Below are positions 56,605 to 64,000 of a DNA stretch of 64,000 nucleotides, in pieces. The number at the start of each line of letters is the position of its first letter. Positions within the stretch are counted from its first letter, which is position 1. Source of the stretch: Octopus vulgaris (lineage: Eukaryota); contig OX597819.1 in the NCBI GenBank assembly GCA_951406725.2, positions 65,534,001 to 65,598,000 of the forward strand, read 5' to 3'. The notes under the pieces are model-generated. The model was not told the DNA's origin, ran no database searches, and saw only the letters and a list, made by a program, of their open reading frames with translations. The translations under genes were made by a program, and so were the position numbers.

Positions 56605-57060
56605 TATGGAGCATCCTACGTATGGAGCATCACTAGAAAACTACAGATACGTATGAAGGACCATATGCAGACAGGCAATTCGATAACGAAACAACTCAAG
56701 ACGTGCCGAACGCGGAACTTCAAAGTTTTCATCAACGCAATCCAACGCAATCCCATCTTATAAGCGGAGTGAAACCAGCCATTAGCAAGAGGAAGGAACT
56801 ACACGACGCAGACTGGTTGCTATAGCAATATCAATCCGTGCATGTCACCTTCCTCCTTCCTCCCCTGTCCCTTTACCCCAACACACACACACACTTTTTC
56901 CAACCACCCAATCACCCTCATTCAGAATGACCGGAAGAAGAAGTCTGCATTCCGAAATATAGAAATAGAAGGTAAAATTGCAGCTTTGTACCGTTTTCCT
57001 TTAATTTTGTAGTTTAATTTGTACCATCTCGCATTGTTCCGGCTTTACACAAGTACATTC
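56605..57060 (+). mobile_element. 3' fragment of a second PLE family (GIY-YIG relic + decayed hammerhead at 56921-56964)
   Basis: YGASYVWSITRKLQIRMKDHM..KQLKTC..ISGVKPAISKRKE; then ttc-AGAATGA-ccggaa..ttcc-GAAA-ta-TA-gaa. Confidence 0.6.
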
Positions 57061-57084
57061 TTTAAATATATATATATGTATTCA

Positions 57085-57430
57085 GAGACCCCCTTCGGTC
57101 ACGACACAGACCATGGGATTGCACCTAGAAAGTTACCTTCCGAGGTACAAGTCCGGGCAAGGTTGTTTATAGAAGACCAGCAGTCGCCCATGCATACCGG
57201 CCTCTCCTCTCCATGCTAAAGGACAAGTCAAAGGACAAGTTATCCAAAGGACAAGTAAAAGACCGATACAACTTGGCACCTGTGACATCTCAACTCATTT
57301 CTACAGCTGAGCGAACTGGAGCAACATGAAATAAAGGGTCTTTCTCAAGAACACAACACGTTGCCCGGTCCGAGATTTGAGCTCACAACCTCACGATCGA
57401 CGCTCTAACCACTCAGCCATGCACCTTCAC
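57085..57430 (-). mobile_element. SINE family D variant; another at 58105-58370
   Basis: Minus-strand tRNA-like head and TTGCTCCAGT..CTCAGCTG core. Confidence 0.75.
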
Positions 57431-57509
57431 AAATATATGTAGTCCCACCCTATTCTGAGGATGCATTTTTCTCTCTCTCCACTCTCCTTGATATATATGT
57501 ATATATATA

Positions 57510-57562
<53 letters not shown>

Positions 57563-58374
57563 TTATCGGATGAATCTGCGTTCGTTCTTTAATTGGAATA
57601 ATTTTCAAAGATTTCTAATAACTTTTCTTCATAGTCTATTTTTGAATTTACTTACATAAATTCGCACAGGTATGAAAGCTTGTGTACAAATAGCCAATAT
57701 GTGATTTAACTTATTTAACACAGTTCAACAAATTAATTCATATTTATGTAGTGAAGGAGATTAGATGTTAAAATGGATTATAGTTTTTTTTTTTATATTT
57801 CATGTTGATATGAAATTTGTTTCACACAAAAACACTCAGATATTCATAATTGAAAATCGTAATAGTCATATCTGCACTGGTATAAAAACTCAAAAATAGA
57901 TGTTAGAAGTACATAGATTTTCTCTTAGCTATGATTTTGGATTAATGTATTCGATCTTGCAGTCATGTCTGTTTGAATCGAGACTAAAATGTATATAAGT
58001 GGGTGCTAATAATATGTATTAATATATGCAATTTATTATTAATGTTATTGATAATGTATTGTATCGTCGTGTTTTCATTTTCCCAACGTTTAAAACTGGA
58101 TGAAAATTCTTCATGAGTCATACAGACTGAGTCATAGAGATTGATAAGGCCGGTTTCCGGTTTCCGTGACGTATATGTTATCCCCCACCCCCACCAGAAG
58201 GGACTCCAGTCCGTCGCAGGAATAGTCATTTTTACCAGGTGAGTGGATTGGAGCAACGTAAATTGATGTGTCTTGCCCAAGAGCACAATCCGTCAGCAGG
58301 TCCGAAATTCGAAACCACAATTGTTACGATCAAGATTCCAACCACCTAACCAATAAGCTACATACCTTTCCTTC

Positions 58375-58452
<78 letters not shown>

Positions 58453-58489
58453 GATGCAGCAAAATGAGTTGACATATTTGTAGGTCATA

Positions 58490-59250
58490 ATGAAAGCAAG
58501 ATAGAGTACAGAATGGAAAATGTGTTTTATTTTCGAAATGTACTTATAATGCCATACTGCTTCATTAGGTTTTAAAAATGAAATCAGTGGGTGCCGTTAC
58601 TGTCCACACACTTTCGAAGGCGTTCACGGGAGTGGTCTGTAACTCGACAGGTCATTTCATGTGGAATGTCAGCAATTTCTTGACGGATGGCATCTTTTAA
58701 TTGTTCAATAGATCGAGGGCGATTGGCAGGGGTTCAAACCAGATGATCGGATAACCGATGTCACTGCAGAATGAGATCAAATGACTAGGGATTATCTCCC
58801 TCAAAATCTCCATCGCACGTCGTGATGTGTGGACTGTTGCCCCATCCTGTTGAAACCAAATTTTATCCCTAGTGTCAAGTTCATTCAATTTGGGTTTCAG
58901 TAAACTCTTTTTATAGCATCATACGATATCAATCAGAGTTCACAGTAATATTGTCTTCTTCGAAGAATTAGGAACACCAAATGCCGAATCCTGCTGCCCC
59001 AAAATTTCGAGTAGGTGCGGAATCATGTCTACTAAGCCTTAAGTGCACACAGACCACTCTTCGTGTTGCAGTTACGGATTCGTTGTTCTTGATAAACGTT
59101 TCCACAAGGAAAGCGTGATGCTCGCCTGTCCAATCCATATTGGCAACTGAAAGTGAAATGAAACAAAATGTCACAAATTGCATCTATGGAAGCAAAATTG
59201 CATTATATGTACAATTCGAAAATAAAAACACGTTTCTCGTTCTTTTTCTC
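58490..59250 (-). pseudogene. Internally deleted Tc1/mariner-superfamily element (DUF4817-type N-terminus, rosa/DD41D-like)
   Basis: MDWTGEHHAFLVETFIKNNESVTAT and IWFQQDGATVHTSRRAMEILRE..LIS. Confidence 0.8.
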
Positions 59251-59269
59251 TGTGGTCCTTGTCGATATT

Positions 59270-60085
59270 ATCAGACAAGACTCGAACTATGGCGACTTTC
59301 AAAAAAGTTTTCGTGCTATATGGGTCTTCATTGACGGTTTTCTCGCTGGAGAATTAAGAAGCTAAACGTTGGGTGTGATGTTATCATGCAAATTGTCGGC
59401 CATCCGTTCTTGTGTCATTTGAACTTGTTGAAAGACTTAAGACCATCCATTGCATACACTGTTGATCCAAGGCTTAACAAATTTATCCAGAAACTCAATA
59501 TACGCAGCAGTATTCATCCTAAGACCCTGTGGAGAAAAGTGATGAAGTATTGCATGTCCTGCATTGCTAACAACACCGAAAACCATGATGCTTGCAGGAA
59601 ATTTTGTGCGCATTACTCTTGGAACATCAGAAGTGTCTGCACATAGCCATCTGTCATTTCTTCTGTTAATTTTCTGGTCCTGGTCAAAGTTTCCCTCACA
59701 CGAAATTTATTTGCAATAGACCTCATTGATTTTCCAGGATTGTGTTCAATGTTTTGCTTGACTTCCTTAATAAATTCATCCCTCCTGAGAGAATCAGAGT
59801 GTTTGGAATGTTTCGTACGTTTTGATACAGGTAACATGCTTCCATCTGTTTTTCTATAACTCAGACAGAATCTTGCGGACAGAAGATCTTGCAACTTTCA
59901 GAAAAGGAGAAATTTCTAAACCATCGTTCTTAGCCTTCAAAGCCACAATCACAGCATGCTTTTACATTTCATTAGTAAGCAAATGATCGTCATTGTTATT
60001 TTCTGAAATAGAAGTTGAATAAAAGTTAGTCAAATAATATTAATGACTAAAAATACATGTGTCCTCAAATACTATCGGCATCCTG
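59270..60085 (-). pseudogene. Decayed maT/DD37D-like transposon
   Basis: EFIKEVKQNIEHNPGKSMRSIA, VKPWINSVCNG, TQERMADN..NSP; ends in CCTG-TA. Confidence 0.75.
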
Positions 60086-60089
60086 TATG

Positions 60090-60136
<47 letters not shown>

Positions 60137-60327
60137 CATGTAATTTAGATTCAATTGAATTAGGCACTTAAATTGAGGCACTTTGCTAAGACGAGCTTAT
60201 TTGCGCACTCAGGTGAGTATCAAACCAAACTCTACAAAAACTTTTTCCACCCGATATTCGTGCAGAGTATGTAGATGGTATGATCCAACTTAGTGAATAA
60301 ATCCGCTCTTGTTTTTCAGACAAGCAG

Positions 60328-60410
60328 TCATCTGATGAGAAAGGTTTCTTTGTAATGATGTAATACTTTCATTGATCAATTAAAGAAGTTGCTCGAAACG
60401 GCCGTAGTGA
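60328..60410 (+). ncRNA. Type I hammerhead, long stem II, in pLTR-like fragment ~60135-60480
   Basis: tcat-CTGATGA-ga..tttcttt..aaagaag..tc-GAAA-cggccg-TA-gtga; stem I extends via acaag/cttgt. Confidence 0.85.
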
Positions 60411-60539
60411 ATTGACACTTGTTCATCTTTGTAACTCATTTACATATATATTTATAACAAGGTGGAGTTGTTGGGTACCGCACGAGTGGAATTATATACG
60501 AAAGAAGGTTTGAAAATGCAGTTTTAAAAAATGTTTATT

Positions 60540-60582
60540 TACTTTACCGGTTTCACTCTTTGGAAAAAGATTGTCAAAAGTA
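60540..60582 (-). ncRNA. Decayed minimal hammerhead
   Basis: tactt-TTGACAA-tcttt(ttcc)aaagagt-GAAA-ccgg-TA-aagta; two core substitutions. Confidence 0.55.
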
Positions 60583-60694
60583 ACATGTAAAAGTTTGGTT
60601 GTGTCACTTATTCGTTGTTACAAAATGCTACAATACACATATACAGTCCTTGGCAACAAGAACATGTTATGGACACAAAAAAGTTTAACAAGTT

Positions 60695-60752
<58 letters not shown>

Positions 60753-61723
60753 GCGCGCGTGTACACACATATATATATATATATAATTTCTTTCTCTCAT
60801 CCTCATCCTCCTCTGTTGCTAAGATTCATTCTCTTTCAATATGTGTACGTAGCCGCGCCACTTTACTCATTACTTGCTATACGTGCACATACATCCTGCA
60901 ACACATTTATTAAGAAACTCTCTATATCTGTTTTACATCACTATATGATCTAAAGCTTCACTGGAGATACTAACCAAACCAACCAATCAATCATTGATTA
61001 TAAAACAGAGGCAACATATTTACATATCTTAGTAAGGATGTTGATAAAGAAAATTGAGGAAATAAATAACATCAAAAACAAATTTTACGTTAGCCAACGA
61101 TAATAATAATGAAAATACGGAAATAAACTATTAAAAAAATCAAAGTAATAGAATATTTACAGATAGGTTTTATTTGAAAGAATGATATAACAAAGAAGAT
61201 CGTGAATATTTGTGAGGAAGGTTTTGTGGGGTTTTTTAATCAAAATTGTTGACATACTTGAAAAATTATATGCTATTATATATTTTTAATGAATGTGTAT
61301 AAATTAATAATTTGCAACAGAAGCAGCCATTGTAACGAATATTAATTTGCACATCTAACCTAACTTGCATCCGTTGCTTATAACGCCGTAGACTTCGGTA
61401 AACGCCTCGCGAAATCATCTCACGTACACGGCAAATGCTGAAAAGCTAAATTATAAAGTATACCGGTTTCACAGATTTTTGATCTGCCATTCGTTGTTTG
61501 GCTGTCTGCTACCGATGATAAGCAGTTTACAATGAAATCACGTCATACGGCAGTGCCATACGCCGGTACCGAATACATTTCGTCAACCAATATAAGCTGT
61601 TCTTTTTAACATGCGACGTTTACTGCAGTTCTAGGCGTTCAACACAACACATACATCCCATGGTTATTCTAACCGAAGGAGGTCTCCCATTTGGGATTCT
61701 ATTTACATAAATAAATGTGCACA

Positions 61724-61862
61724 TGCGCAAGAGTGGCTGTGAGGTAAGTAGCTTGTTTACCAACCACATGGTTCCGGGTTCAGTCCCACTATAGCCTCGG
61801 GCCCACCAAAGCCTTGTGAGTGGATTTGGCAGACGGAAACTGAAAGAAGCCCGTCGTATATA

Positions 61863-61919
<57 letters not shown>

Positions 61920-62135
61920 GCGTGTGTGTGTTTGTGTGTCTGTGTTTGTTCCCCTAGCATTGCTTGACAACCGATGCTGGTGTGTTTATGTCCCCGTAAG
62001 TTAGCGGTTCGGCAAAAGAGACTGATAGAATAAGTACTGGGCTTACAAAAGAATAAGTTCCGGGGTCGAGTTGCTCGATTAAAGGCGGTGCTCCAGCATG
62101 GCCGCAGTCAAATGACTGAAACAAGTAAAAGAAAG
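61724..62135 (+). mobile_element. SINE family A with small internal deletion
   Basis: Colinear with 1622-2038; deletion between two ACT motifs near 61790. Confidence 0.9.
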
Positions 62136-62572
62136 AGAAAGAGACATGCATAGATGTATGCCCCATATATATGCACATCACTTAAATAACTAACTCATTT
62201 GAAAATACTATTAGTTGTGCGTATAGTATACCTGTATGTGTCAGGTTACACCTCAAAGGGTGCATGTATGTCTTTGTTCGTACGTGTATGAATGAAATTG
62301 TGTACGTACGCGCGCATTTTCATGCAGCGAGTTCGTGATAATCGTTGTGTATATAGGTTTAAGAATAATTCTAAGATATATCTATGTATTTCCCCTCTCT
62401 CTCTCTCCCTCTCTCTCTTTCTCTCTGTCTTACTTTCCTTTTCTCTCTCCCTCTTTCTCTTTCCTTCACTTTATATACATACATATATGTGTGTATGTGA
62501 TACCTGAAATATTTTTCAGATGTATTTGTATGGGTGTGTATATAAACCCAGGATAATCCAATTGATTTACAG

Positions 62573-62608
<36 letters not shown>

Positions 62609-62705
62609 TTGACAATGCGTATGTTGCGGAGTGCATGTTAGTATAAATGAGCAAATGAGCATATATATATATATTTATTTATAAGGAGAGAGGGGTATAT
62701 ATATA

Positions 62706-62764
<59 letters not shown>

Positions 62765-62783
62765 GTTCATGTGTACGTGTGTT

Positions 62784-62826
<43 letters not shown>

Positions 62827-63110
62827 ACGCACACATCTATAGATGTTATATAAGTATGTATACCTGCATATATATGAGGGGTGTACACACATGCATGCGC
62901 GTGTGCATACCGATCTGTGAGTGCGTGTGCCAGTCAGAGCACATACTCTTGACTGCATATACACGAACGTACGTCAGTAAATATTGGCACATATCCTAGA
63001 TAATCCATGCATTCTATACGTGGATCGAGAGAAAGAGAGACAGACAGAGAGATAGAGAGAGAAAGATATAAAGGAAGAGAGTGATAATGCTTATGTCGCA
63101 GTATAATTGA

Positions 63111-63149
<39 letters not shown>

Positions 63150-63723
63150 CGTGTATAAGTATGCCAACACTAATCCCCGTTAATCCATACAGAGACTCTG
63201 AAAGATTCGCTCATACATGACAAGCGTAATTTTCTAGATTCAGGCGTAAACTACATTTAACTCCTCGAACACGCATGGACTGACACACACAGACACACAG
63301 ACACACACATAGCATATATTCACACACATCCGTAAACGCCTATATACTCCCATACTTTTATACATTGTTATCTAACAATCTACATAAAAGCATGCATTTA
63401 TATATATATACATTCATGCATGAACTCATAAGGGGTATGCATATATATATAAATGTATATATGTTTATATATGTGTATACATATATATATATATTCGCAC
63501 ACATACACATATATATGTATATATGCATGTATGTGTGTATATATGTGTGTGTGTGTGTGTGAGAGAGAGAGTGTGTGTATGTATGTATATAGTTAAATAA
63601 GAATCCAGTAAACGCCTCGTAGAATGCCGTGCAAAGCTCATCCATAGTTATTGGGTATCTCATGTCATCGTACAGTAGATCATACACACACACACACACA
63701 CACACATACATACACACGCATTT

Positions 63724-63755
<32 letters not shown>

Positions 63756-64000
63756 GTTGTATGTATGCATATATAAACACATATATATATGTGAACACAC
63801 ACACATACAAACATGTATATGTACACAGTCTCATGCCCGGTCGAGTAGGAAGAGAACTGTGGACATGAGCACGGGTGAAGGCGACTGTGGGTGCGGTATC
63901 CACATGCACGGACATTTCTGGCATTTTTCTCGGGCAGTGGTCAGTCACAGTCTTACTTCCTCTCGAGCGGACAGCTATCATCTTTATCAAATATACATAC

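Overview
Eukaryotic, AT-rich, repeat-saturated DNA. The SINE families and microsatellite load strongly suggest an octopus/cephalopod intron or intergenic region (inference). Almost all ORFs in the track are artefacts of (TA)n/(CA)n/(AAT)n/(CAT)n repeats. Recognisable content: many tRNA-derived SINEs, relics of RTE, CR1/L2 and R4/Dong LINEs, decayed mariner/Tc1/maT-type transposons, MITEs with target-site duplications, and a 5'-truncated Penelope-like element (PLE; RT plus GIY-YIG, Naiad-like) at ~42.8-46.2 kb. The most notable signal is RNA-level. About a dozen type I hammerhead ribozyme motifs (intact or decayed) occur in several unrelated short repeat families, many next to (TA)n tracts. They include a very young tandem array of a ~561-nt hammerhead-containing monomer at 40.25-41.65 kb. 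This array looks like a retrozyme (circular-RNA-derived non-autonomous PLE passenger), with an inverted 5' segment and an inverted duplication of its host flank. A few weak host-exon candidates are also noted. All coordinates were read by eye and are approximate at element edges.
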